Origin: Geosiphon pyriformis uo1
Lineage: Eukaryota; Fungi; Glomeromycota
Length of the DNA stretch: 48,058 nucleotides
Assembly (NCBI GenBank): GCA_016748015.1
Contig: JAAOMT010000174.1
Span: 2,864-50,921, forward strand
Direction of reading: 5' to 3'
A program made the translations under genes and the position numbers. Within the stretch, counting starts at the first letter, position 1. Every line of letters begins with the position of its first letter. This document shows positions 36,895-48,058 of this stretch, one piece after another. The notes under the pieces are model-generated. The model made no database searches and had not been told where the DNA came from. It was given only the letters and a program-made list of their open reading frames with translations.

Positions 36895-37289
36895 TTTTTT
36901 ATGTAATGTAATATTAATTTAGTGTGTAATTGGTGCTTGGACAAAATTAAAGGATTTGAATTATGTAATGTTGTACAACAAAATTATATTACAATAAAAA
37001 TGGCATTTTTAACTCAGATATATATTTATTCTTTAAATCTTTTTGGTTTCAATTTAAACTTTAATTTCTGTTTTGTAGTTTTGGATAAGAAGCAATCAAA
37101 AAAAGCTCCTTCAGCATTTATTAAAAAAAAAATTTTATTAGAATTGAAAGATCATCTGAGTCGAAAATTCAGATAATATTAATAAAAATAGTTATCACAA
37201 AATTTTTTTGACTTATAACAAAGAATTTGGGCAAAAAGTCTAACATTAACAATTAAACAACCAACTTAAAAGAAATCCAATTTTTAAAT

Positions 37290-37705
37290 TGAAGCTGATT
37301 TCTTAGAGCTAATAAAAGATTTATTGCAAATAATTGTTGATCAAAAAAATAGTAGGTAAGAATATTTGAGATAGATTTTAATTTTAGTATTACAGCTTAG
37401 TTGTGATTTTTTATTTTTATATTTAGTAATTAAAAATATGCCAAATTATTTATGGATTTACTGTCCAAAAAAAAATATCCAGAATATTATAATGTAATTA
37501 AAGAACCAAGGTTCTTAAACATGATTGAGATTGGTACTATGCACGTTTTTTTCATTAGTTGCTTAATATTTGACATATGTTTTTTATATTATATCAATAG
37601 AAAATTCGAAAAAGCTATTATCTATTTATGAATTTGATCAGGACTTGTAATTGATTTCGAAAATGTTATGTATTTTAATGATAATTCATGCATTTTTAAA
37701 GATGT
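37290..37705 (+). pseudogene. Intron-containing bromodomain gene relic, interrupted by element C (resumes at 47502)
   Basis: Exons read ..DLLQIIVDQKNS / KYAKLFMDLLSKKKYPEYYNVIKEPRFLNMIE / KIRKSY..SIYEFDQDL*LI..ENVMYFNDNSCIFKDV|KFL. Introns at 37356-37426 (GTAAG..TTTAG) and ~37530-37600 (donor decayed). Confidence 0.8.
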
Positions 37706-38592
37706 TGTTACTCATAGAAATATAGAAAATATATTAGCATAATTATTAGCCAATCAGAAGTAAGCATAGTAAATATAGAATTCCAGGATTCTTCTTAGGA
37801 ATTGCAGAATTCCAGGAATTTCAGGATTCCCAACGAGAAATTGCAGGATTCCAAAATTCCAAGATTCCTCTCAAAGAAATTGCAGGATTCCAAGAATTCC
37901 AGGATTTCTATCGTGAAGAATTAAGGAATTGAGAAATCCCAATTATGTATATATAGCAGTAGTGTTAAAAACAGAAAAGACAGAATTGATACCACAGAAT
38001 CCTTAGCCTAGAAATGCAATCATCAAATAAATAATTATTTTATATCTCCATCCACTTCCCCACTATCAACCCTTCATGTTGATAGTAATTAATACTTGAC
38101 CACACTGGAACAATAGCTCTTGATCATGGCTATTGATGGGATACTAATCTGCAAATTGCCTTGGCTTATTTCTTTGCTTTCTTTATTTCCTTTTATTTCT
38201 TTTTTTTCTTTATTTTATTTTGATTTGTTGTTATATACTAATTGATAAACGATTAAGTGCTGAGTTATTGACGTTAAGAATAGCCTGGTAAAAGACCCAG
38301 AAATACAGGTAGGATTTTTATATATTATCGGATAGCTTACCAGAAGAGCACGACTGCCAGACTAAATCTGGCCACCATGCTGAGAAAGAAATTGGGAAAA
38401 CTTTTGAAAAATATCTCTACTATTGACACTATTGAATCTCTGTCTATTATATAAAGGACTCAACCAAAACTTTCAGATCCATCAAAACCTTCAGATACAG
38501 TACCTGCAGAACAGCCTCAACAGAAGTAGCTTTTGAGCACCAAGTTATGGGTTTGTTATTTAATTCAACAGCAGAAATAATCACTTGTAACA
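37706..38592 (+). repeat. 5' LTR of element C
   Basis: TGTTAC...GTAACA, direct repeat of 46615-47501, with a GGAATTNCAGGATTCC array at ~37778-37910. Confidence 0.97.
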
Positions 38593-38594
38593 TT

Positions 38595-38612
38595 TGGTGC
38601 TTCCTGTGAGGT
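38595..38612 (+). promoter_or_regulatory. Primer binding site of element C
   Basis: TGGTGCTTCCTGTGAGGT, 2 nt after the LTR. Confidence 0.8.
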
Positions 38613-38654
38613 ATAATCCTACAAAGAACCAGCACTGACAACACCAAACCAAAA

Positions 38655-41416
38655 GTGGCAAAATCAGAAAACATAGGAGCAAATCATTTAGGATTCATAA
38701 AATCTTTATTTCAACATTATTGTCAATACTTAGAATTAAACCACAATCATATATCCGCCAAATCAGCCTTTAATTTCTACGTCAACAAAAAAATTTCCTC
38801 TTTATTGGGAACACCAGTGAACACTGACTCAGCAAGAGAAACTTTCTATAAGGAATTAATTCAAAACACCAACCTACCAACAAACCATAATTTTCCATCT
38901 ATCATCACTGAGATCAACAAAGAAATTGAACACCATACTTAACAAAGATATCCAATTACATACACTAGTAAAGGCAAGAGAAAATTACAAACACCAGCAG
39001 TAACACCCCGAAAAATACAGCCACCTGCTTGGAAGAAAAACAGAGTTGAATCCCTAAGCAACCTATCCTACCACTATACATCTGGAAGCACCATCAACAT
39101 ATCATTAACCAATGCATTTCCATCAACTGTGACATCAGCATTTAGATGATTCCTATTCCAAAGTAGACAAAGAAAAACAGAATTGTTAAGACCATATAAC
39201 AAATACTTTGAGGGATTTATTTCGCAATCATCAACCCCATCAGGACTTCGATCACTACCGCCTCCACCAAATTTCGGAATCTCTGATCCATAGGAAGCAG
39301 CAGAATCAGAAAAAGAGGAAGAAGAATCAGAGGATCAAGAATTCACTTACCTACATCCAATCCCTGAAAACCCGGAAGTTGAAACCCGAACATTCAAACT
39401 CAGTAACAGTTAAAAAATCTGGAAATTGAAACTCTGAATATTCGAATGCTGCCAAATCCAAAAAATCAAAAACCCAAATTAATTAATCAGCAAAACTTAC
39501 CTCCAGTAATTGTTATTGATCAACTGCCGATTAATCCAGTAGTCAAATCTATACAACAGCCACTTCAACTACCACCCCAACAACTACTTCAACAGCCATT
39601 ACAACCATCTAACCTAGACCCAATGGACTATGCACCCATCGCAAAACTCGACAACTTTACTGGCGAAAAAGATGATGCTCAAATATGGCTGAATGATGTA
39701 GAAAAGACCATCACAGCCAACAGATGGAATGACACTTGAGCAATGCAAACCATTTCCTACTTTCTCAAGGATACCACCAATTCATGGTACCAGAGCTTGG
39801 TTAATAAACCACAAGATTTCAATGCCTTCAAAGCAAAATTCCTAAGATACTTCAGCAACAACAATAGCATCAATCACCTAATCAATACATTCACCACCAT
39901 AAAACAAGAAGAAACTGAAGCAGTTACCACTTACCTGAGACGCTTCCATTGAAACTTGTACCAAATTCAAGCAATTGACAACAACTATTTCACAGCACCA
40001 CAGATATTCAACCAGTTTATCCATGGCCTATGCAGCAGCATCTTGCAACATGTACGTCTGTTGCATCCTGGCATGCTTCAAGACACAGTCACACATGCCA
40101 GAGATTTTGAATCTGCTGAGTCAGAAGCTAACCATGCTCAAGCCATTAATCTAGTAATGAATGGATCATCTGAATTGGATTCTAAATTAGAAAAGTTCAG
40201 TGAATCAATCAATAAGAGATTGGAAGGATACTTAGCTGACAATCACACCATCTATTAGCCTCCACAACGACGCAATAACCAAGGACATCCTAATCATGGC
40301 CAAAATCAATGATGTCCATCTTCATCAACCAATCAACAGTGGCAACAGGAAATGCATATCTGCCACTATTGTGGTAACCAAGAACATATCCAAATTGACT
40401 GTCACCAGCGTTTAAATAACCAACAATTGGGAAATCAATATCGAAACCCCAATCACCAGTTCCAAACTCCGAATCAGTACCCAAATCAAAACCCACCCGC
40501 TTACTTACCAGTAACACAGTCATCAGTCTATTAGTCTCCAGTATATCAACCTCCGATTTATCAGCCGCAGCCACAAGTAATATATCAACTGCAGCCACAA
40601 ATAATTTATCAACCCCAACAGATCCAAACACCACCCCAAAACTTACCACATAACAGAATCCAAAGACCGAGAATGAGTCAACAGAGCTGGAGATTGGCAA
40701 TAGTAGTTCATCAACCGATCCCCAATTCTTCACAGCAACCATCTGGATTATGCCAGTGGAATTCGGGTACTGGTTAACTCCAGAACCCGAATTCCCAGAA
40801 CTATTTAAGTCTTCTGGTCACCCCAGAAGATGCTTTAACTAATAACCCGGCATTTACACCAAAACAACCACTCATCAGTAATATCCCACCTGCTATCATC
40901 ACCAAAAACAAGTCATTGGCCACTATTTTCTCATTCGAATTCGAGGAAACAGCTGCAACGCTATTGTTTAGTGGAGCCGCTCTTGAAGCCAAACCAATCA
41001 CCACGATGTACACTGACGCCAAAGTTGAAGGACAATCCATCAAATTGATCCTGGACAGTAGTTCTGCAGGCAGCATAATCACAAAACAACTCATGGATCA
41101 ATTAGGTTGCTGAATTGATTGAGCTGCCAGCGCCAAAATCATCACTGCCAATGGAGCGACCAAAACTCCAATCAGCAAAATCGATGACTTTCCTTTTGAA
41201 GTCAATGGCATCGTGACTTCCATTAAAGTTCTAGTAATAGAAGCCACTCAATACCAAGCTCTTGTTGATAATAACTGGCTATCCAAAGTCAATGCAATGT
41301 TAGACTGGAACACCCAAGAACTCCAGCTAATGTATCAGAGCCAACACATACATGTTCCGGCCACATGTGGCCACTTCAAAACTCCTCCAAGAGAGAAACT
41401 ATTGATTGAACTGTAG
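38655..41416 (+). pseudogene. gag: gag and aspartic protease of element C
   Basis: YAPIAKLDNFTGE, NQFIHGL, CHYCGNQEHIQIDC, a Q/P-rich linker, and IKLILDSSSAGSII. One frame from 39446. Confidence 0.92.
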
Positions 41417-41714
41417 GAGGAGAAAGAAAAGCCTATCTGAAAAGCCTACCAAGTGTCGTGGGCGGATGAAGAGCACAACGAACTACTGCCGATACTCTCT
41501 TGGGATGACAACAACAAGGAAAAAAGGAAACAGAAGGAAAAACTTACCTGGAAAACTGATGACCTGACATGGACCGACAATGACGAGAGCGAACTGATGT
41601 CAAGCTGGGAATGGGAAGAGGACAAAAAAAATAAAGAAAAAGGGAAAGAAGAAGAGACCACCCAAACTACCACCATTTATAACACCTACACTATACCACA
41701 ATGATCTACTTATC

Positions 41715-42350
41715 ATTGACCTAAGCTGATATGTATTAATTGTGACAAGAAATTGTCGTCAATGGATGCATACTGTGGGGACGATGAGGAATATTCAACA
41801 GCAACTAGGTTTTATTGCCACCCATGTGTCTTTGAATGCTTTGGAAGACCAAAACAAGTAGGAAAATGGGACAATCAGCCATGTTTAGCTTGTGGAAAGA
41901 CTCTTTTGGACGAAGAGATATGGAACGACATCCCAGAATGTGAAAGAACGTGTGATGTATCATGTCAATACATGATTCTAATAAGTGACTGGGTAAGGAA
42001 AGAAACCCCAATAAAAGCAGTCTGGAGAAGAGCCGTACAGTGACTGGACAGTTGTTCATATGACAATGACAAAATTTGGCAAATGGCATGTGCCAAAATC
42101 AAAGGGGCAACACCAGAAGAGATAAAAACAATCAAAGACAACCCCTCAGAACCTTTAGAGCTTGACTGGGACGCAGAACCCATCATAAACCTCCTGGATC
42201 CAGAACAATTTCACGAACACTACCAAGAATTAGCACCCACAAGGGAAGAATAAGAACAATGGTTAGAGCAGTTGAACACTTGACTATGTCAACACTGCCT
42301 AATTCCCTGTGACTTCCAGTATTGTGATGAGTGTGATCTCATTTACAATT
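41715..42350 (+). pseudogene. Cys-rich multi-CxxC domain of element C
   Basis: CINC, CHPC, GKWDNQPCLAC, CDVSCQY and LCQHCLIPCDFQYCDEC, collinear with element D. Confidence 0.85.
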
Positions 42351-42421
42351 CACCACCACGCATAATCTACTCAATCTCTGAAGAAGAAGAACCAATCAGC
42401 AGCTGCACATCAGAATCAGAA

Positions 42422-43156
42422 TTGTTGATCAATCACGATTCAAACTCCGACAATGATGACGATAACAATAGTTCAAGCTCTGTTCAAATTGGCAATGATG
42501 ATGAAAACGATTCAGACTCAGATTCAAAACCCAATGTAAACTATGAACAATACATTGCACTACCAGATCTCTCCAAAGAACAAGAGTTGAAATGTTATAG
42601 TGACAATGGGGAAGGTATTATGCCAGAACGTGCGCATGATACGGATGCAGAGTTTGATTTGAGATATCCAGGAAAAAATGCCATCAAATTAGAACTGCAT
42701 TCACACACCTGCATTGATCTGAAAATAGCACTAGAAATTCTGACAACAACAATGGTTCAATTAGCATCTAGAAGTAGTTTAGTGAAAAGAGGGATTAATA
42801 TAAGAGGAGGAATAATTGACACAGAATATGTAGAAAATATTATCACTATGCTACAAAATGACTCAGAAAAGGCCTATGTAATAGAACCCAATAAAAAGAT
42901 AGCACAGGCAATATTCCTGCCTCTGGTTAGAATAGCTCAGTTAGTATCAGTAAGAAAGAGGGAGGAATTAGGAATAACGGCGAGAGGAATACAGGGATTC
43001 GGATCCACAGGTAGAATAGATGTACTAGTTAACATGGCAGAGGAAGAAACTATTGGCCAAGGAGAAATTATTTCAACTGGTCAAGCTATTTCCATCCCAC
43101 CATATAGCCAGTATATGTTAGCAATAGAAAGGAAGGAAAAGGAGCAAGAAACTTAG
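42422..43156 (+). CDS. dut: Polyprotein segment with dUTPase, element C
   Basis: AEFDL, ASRSSL, GIIDTEY, KIAQ and RGIQGFGSTG. Confidence 0.92.
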   Translation: MLINHDSNSDNDDDNNSSSSVQIGNDDENDSDSDSKPNVNYEQYIALPDLSKEQELKCYSDNGEGIMPERAHDTDAEFDLRYPGKNAIKLELHSHTCIDLKIALEILTTTMVQLASRSSLVKRGINIRGGIIDTEYVENIITMLQNDSEKAYVIEPNKKIAQAIFLPLVRIAQLVSVRKREELGITARGIQGFGSTGRIDVLVNMAEEETIGQGEIISTGQAISIPPYSQYMLAIERKEKEQET

Positions 43157-44471
43157 ATCCATTCCAATGTATGCAGCTCAAGATGTTACTCAACAATTTT
43201 AATGACATTTTTGTCAGCAAAAATAAGTTTGGCTAAACTGACATCATCCAGCATCAGATCAAGACTGGAGATGGATTGCCAATTAAATAAAGAACATACA
43301 GAGTGCCGCCAGCCAGCCATGAGATTATTTGTCAAGAGATAAACAGAATGCTTGACAACAGGCTAATTCAACCATCAATGAGCCCATGGTCGTCACCGGT
43401 ACTTGTCCATAAGAAAAATGGAAAAATCTGGTTTTGTGTAGACTACAAGAAACTCAATGGTGTAACTCATAGAGACAGTTATCCAACTCCACGAATACAG
43501 GAATTATTCGATGCTTTTGGTAAGAACAAATGGTTCTCCACATTAGATTTGGACAGTGGTTACTGGCAAGTAGCCATGAATCCAGCTGACAAAGAGAAAA
43601 TAGCATTTACTACTAAAGAAGGGAATTTTGAATTTAAAGTGATGCCATTCGGCTTAACCAATGTCCCAGCAACTTTCCAATGGCTAATGGAAATTATTTA
43701 TACTGGCTTATTGTGGATCATCTTCAACAAGTGTTTGAAAGACTGAGAAGAGCAGGACTGAAGTTGAATGCGACAAAATGCTTCTTTGGCAAGACAGAAC
43801 TCAAATTTTTGGGACACATAGTCAGCAAAGATGGCATCAAAACAGATCCAGAAAAAATAGAGATAGTAAAGAACTTTCCAGTGCTGACCAATATGACAGA
43901 ACTGAAATCATTTTTGGGATTTGCCAGCTACTATCATTGTTTTATCAAGAACTTTTCCAAGATAGCACAGCCACTCAATCAACTGCAAAACAAAAATGTG
44001 AAATATGAATGGACAGAAAGTCAACAAGAAGCTTTTGATATTTTGAGGAAAAAGCTTATCCAAGCTCCAGTACTGATCTATTCAAATTACAGCAAACCAT
44101 TTATCATCACCACCGATGCATCCAGCCAAGCATTGGGAGCAGTATTATCTCAGAGAGAACTGGATGGCAGAAAACATTCAGTAGCATATGCCAGCAGAGG
44201 TTTAACACCAGCCAAAAAGAACTATGGAACACCAGAACAAAAACACTTAGCAATATACTGGGCCATCATGAAATGGAAAGAATACTTGAGCCAAAAGTTT
44301 GAAGTATACACAAATCACAAGGGATTAACATCACTTCAAAAACAAGAATTTGGAGATGGAAGACAGTCAAGATGGAAAATGGCACTCCCACTATATAATT
44401 ATACTATACATTATAAAAAGAGAAAAGACAATGGAAATGCTGATGGTTTATTGCGAATAAGACAAATCTAA
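43157..44471 (+). pseudogene. pol: RT and RNase H of element C (YLDD motif deleted)
   Basis: SPWSSPV, CVDYKKLN, TLDLDSGYWQ, MPFGLTN; GLLW joins directly to DHLQQVF. Then TTDASS and NADGL. Confidence 0.94.
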
Positions 44472-44539
44472 GAACATTTCAACCCAAAAATATAATAAAA
44501 CCAGAACAATACCAACAGAAAAATACAACAAAAGGTGAA

Positions 44540-45800
44540 CATACAAAAATATCAACAATTGCAACATTATCTAAATACTCAACAGTTCAAGGAGAATTTA
44601 TCTCATATGGAATGAAGAAGTATCAAACAACAATCAAAATATTTTATCACTTACCAAAATATACTTTATCGGAAAAATAGAAGAGATCCAGATCAACCAA
44701 CCAGAGTAATTACAGAGCCAGAAAAAGAGACAGTATTATTCAACATGCACTCAAATCCAACAGCAGGACATTTTCACAAAGAAGCAACCATAGAAAGAAC
44801 TAGAAAAAGATACTATTGGCCATCAATGTACTCAGACATCATTTAATATGTTCAAAATTGTGATGCTTGTCAGCGAAGAGGAAGAACAAGACCCAGTGAA
44901 CTATTAAGACCAACCAAAGTAAGACAACCATTTGACTGTATGGGAATTGATTTAGTTGGACCATTAACAATCACCAGCAGAGGAAACAGATACATAGCAG
45001 TAACTATAGACTATCTCACTAAATGGCCAGAGGCAAAAGCAATTCAAAGAGCGGATGCAGAATCCATTGCCGAATTCATTCATCAGGATTTAATTTGTCA
45101 ACATGGATGTCCAAAAGAATTATTATTAGACCAAGGAACTCATTTTGTGAACAAAACATTAACAGAATTAGGCCAAAGATTCGGAATCAAAAGACCATTA
45201 TCATCACCATACCATCCACAAACCAATAGATTAGTAGAAAGATTCAACAGAACATTGTGTGAAGCAATAGCCAAGCTCAGATAAGAAAACCAGAATGATT
45301 GGGATTTGTTTATACCATCAGTACTATTTGCTTATCGGACAATGAAACAGGATACTACACAAGCAACACCATTTGAATTAGTATATGAGAGAATAGCAAC
45401 ATTACCAGTAGAGAGAAAAATTAATACATATTCAGCTGAACCAATAACAGAGGAAAATTTTCAAGAAACATTGCTGAGAAGAACATATGACTTAATGGAA
45501 ACATTGGAAAACAAACAAAGAAGAGTAGCTAATAATATCCAAAAGTCACAAGAAACACAGAAAGAAAGACACGATAGTCAATTATCAGACAAACCAGTTG
45601 AATTCAAGATTGGAGACAAAGTATTACTACATTGTATCAAAGCAGAAAAACAATGGAGTGGAAAATTTGACCCCAAATGGGATGGACCATTTCACATAGA
45701 AGAAATTCTAGGAAATGAAGCTTACAAATTAAAATTGAATAACAAAATTTAAACCAAAGCAGCACATGGAGATCGACTGAAACCATATCACAACATCACA
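44540..45800 (+). pseudogene. pol: Integrase of element C
   Basis: H..AGHF..CDACQ, GIDLVGP, LLDQGTHF, LVERFNRTL and KWDGPF. Confidence 0.95.
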
Positions 45801-45941
45801 CTACTATCTACCAGTAATATTCTACAATTAGGAATACAGAAAATACTAGTCCAACCAGATGAAATTCCATAAGATCGGGAACCAATCATTATTATCGACA
45901 ACAACACGTTAAATTAATTCATCAAAAGAATATATAAAGAC

Positions 45942-46601
45942 ATGGTAGACATGACAGGAAATATCAGAAAAATGGAAATTACAGACAACATTCACTCACT
46001 AGCACAACAACTCTTTCAATTAATCCAACACCAAGAAATGGAGATTACAATCAATTAACAAACCATTCAATATCAAGATACTAGAAAGACATTTCAACTC
46101 AGAACACAGAAGAAAACTGAAAATACTGTGGACAAAATCATGGCAAAAGTAAAATTAGCAATAAAAGAATCGACAAAGGAGTCACTATATCAAGAGTTGA
46201 CTAAAGAAACTTGGAATTGGTGGATACAACAATTTCCACAAAACTATTGTTATTTTTACTTGGAACAACACATAAATATTCAGAATCTATATATGGATAA
46301 AACAAAGTGATTATTTGACAAAAGAATACTACAACAATTAGAACATTTTGTGGGAAAGAACAACTTATCCACACAAGCTTGAACCATATATTGAATACAT
46401 ACACCATTTCAAGATAAACCAGAAATATTGCTCAATAAAGCAATGGATAGGGTTACCAGTAATCAATTGGGAAAAATCACCAATGCTCAATTTGAAGAAT
46501 TACAGACCCAAATAACACAAGTAATTCTTGAAAACAAAATCCAGAAAATACTTCAAGAGGGGGAATTACATGAGTTAGATTTCGACAGAGCTCAATATTA
46601 A
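45942..46601 (+). pseudogene. ORF3 of element C (four in-frame stops), homolog of element D ORF3
   Basis: One frame from ATG 45942/45972 to TAA 46601. Each stop is a TAA or TGA explainable by C>T. Includes track ORF 46128-46310. Confidence 0.8.
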
Positions 46602-46614
46602 AAGGAGGAAATAA
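46600..46614 (+). promoter_or_regulatory. Polypurine tract of element C
   Basis: AAAAGGAGGAAA-TAA immediately before the 3' LTR. Confidence 0.85.
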
Positions 46615-47501
46615 TGTTACTCATAGAAATATAGAAAATATATTAGCATAATTATTAGCCAATCAGAAGTAAGCATAGTAAATGTGGAATTCCAGGATTC
46701 CTTTTAGGAATTGCAGGATTCCAGGAATTTCAGAATTCCCAACAAGGAATTGCAGGATTCCAGAATTTTAGGATTCCTCTCAAAGGAATCACAGGATTCC
46801 AGAAATTCCAGAATTCCTATTGTGAAGAATCGAGGAATTGAGGAATCCCAATTATGTATATATAGCAGTAATGTTAGAAACAGAAAAGACAGAATCGATA
46901 CCACAGAATCTTTAGCCTAGAAATGCAATTATCAAATAAATAATTATTTTATATCTCTATCCACTTTCCCACTATCAATCCTTCATGTTGATAGTAATTG
47001 ATACTTGACTATGCTAGAACAATAGCTCTTGATCATGGCTATTGACAGGATACTAATCTGCAAATCACCTTGGCTTATTTTTTTGCTTTTTTTATTTCCT
47101 TTTATTTCTTTTTTTTCTTTATTTTATTTTGATTTGTTGTTATATACTAATTGATAAACGATTAAGCATTGAGTTATTAATGTCAAGGATAGCCTGGTAA
47201 AAAATCCAGAAATACAGGTAGGATTTTTATATATTATCAGATAGCTTACCAGAAGAGCACGACTGCCAGACTAAATCCGGCCACCATGTTGAGAAAGAAA
47301 TTGGGAAAACTCTTGGAAAATATCTCTACTATTGACATTATTGAATCTCTGTCCATTATACAAAGGACTCAACCAAAACCTTTAGATCCATCAAAACCTT
47401 CAGATACAGCACCTGCAGAACAGTCTCAACAGAAATAGCTTTTGAGCACCAAGTTACAGGTTTGTTATTTAATTCAACAGTAGAAATAATTACCTGTAAC
47501 A
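46615..47501 (+). repeat. 3' LTR of element C
   Basis: Direct repeat of 37706-38592. Confidence 0.97.
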
Positions 47502-48058
47502 ATGTTAAATTCTTATAAATAAAAAGTTTATTAGGCTTTTACAAAAAAATCTGGGTTTTATCTACTTGAACTAATATGTTTCATACATTTTTTGCATTAA
47601 AATAAACTTGTTAGAAAATATACAACACTAACAAAAAAGAATTATTTAAGATTATAGGTTTTAAAACAACTTTAGTTTTCTTAATTAAGATAAAGCCAAA
47701 AATCTTCAATTCCAATCTAATTCTTTTAAATTAACACTAACTGATATAAGTTTTTTAATTATTGTGATAAGCTATTATATATTACATTCTAATAAGTTGT
47801 TGAAATATTCAACAATTAAAATTTTTTTTATAGTCTAGAAAACTATTTCTAAAACTAAATTATAATTTAGTTAAATATATGATAAGTATTTTAGTCATTA
47901 TATTTCTTTTTAATATAATTTATAATTCAAATATTAAATTTAACCAGAAATCTTTATTACAGGGGATTTTATATATCTTTTAGATCCAAGCAATTTTTTA
48001 AAATACAATATTATAGTCATTAAAAAATTATTTGTGAATTTAAAGTAAGTATTTACAT

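Larger units (their letters stand above)
37706..47501 (+). mobile_element. Full-length Ty3/Gypsy LTR retrotransposon C (dUTPase-bearing, non-chromovirus)
   Basis: Two 887 bp LTRs, ATGT TSD (37702-37705 / 47502-47505), PBS, PPT, and gag-pol domains. Confidence 0.97.

Noticed and set aside
36922-37176. 84-aa ORF
   Set aside because: Non-ATG start and no recognisable motif. It lies upstream of a decayed transposase.
34600-37220. TIR pair for the long-spacer transposon (~34605 and ~37215)
   Set aside because: Only a weak AGTC-AAAATTTT resemblance in AT-rich DNA.
46704-46920. Repetitive ORFs on both strands in the 3' LTR
   Set aside because: Products of the LTR tandem array, with no equivalent ORF called in the 5' LTR copy.

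Overview
Very AT-rich eukaryotic DNA, probably fungal. It resembles Glomeromycotina (Geosiphon-like) repeats, which is recollection and needs a BLAST check. The window is almost entirely decayed, nested transposons, and I see no intact host gene. Left half: a minus-strand LINE (body ~17301-23710, poly-A stranded at 1428-1440) is split just before its tail by a 15.9 kb block (1445-17300). That block is bounded by an ATGT duplication and by two INVERTED copies of the same LTR 5' end (element A). Nested in the inverted arm are a Tc1 DD34E transposon (4910-6264) and a solo LTR (B), and B in turn holds a full-length Ty3/Gypsy element D (6757-16611, minus). Centre: a second LINE (24453-31410, plus; APE-RT-RNase H) sits in a minisatellite, followed by hAT and long-spacer IS630/Tc1/mariner relics. 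Right: a full-length Gypsy element C (37706-47501) is inserted in a bromodomain pseudogene. The best novelty candidate is the architecture shared by the divergent elements C and D: Gag-PR-[multi-CxxC domain]-dUTPase-RT-RH-IN, then a conserved non-Env third ORF, with 4-bp TSDs. D also shows a possible dUTPase-like echo before RT. All translations and alignments were done by eye, so domain boundaries are approximate.
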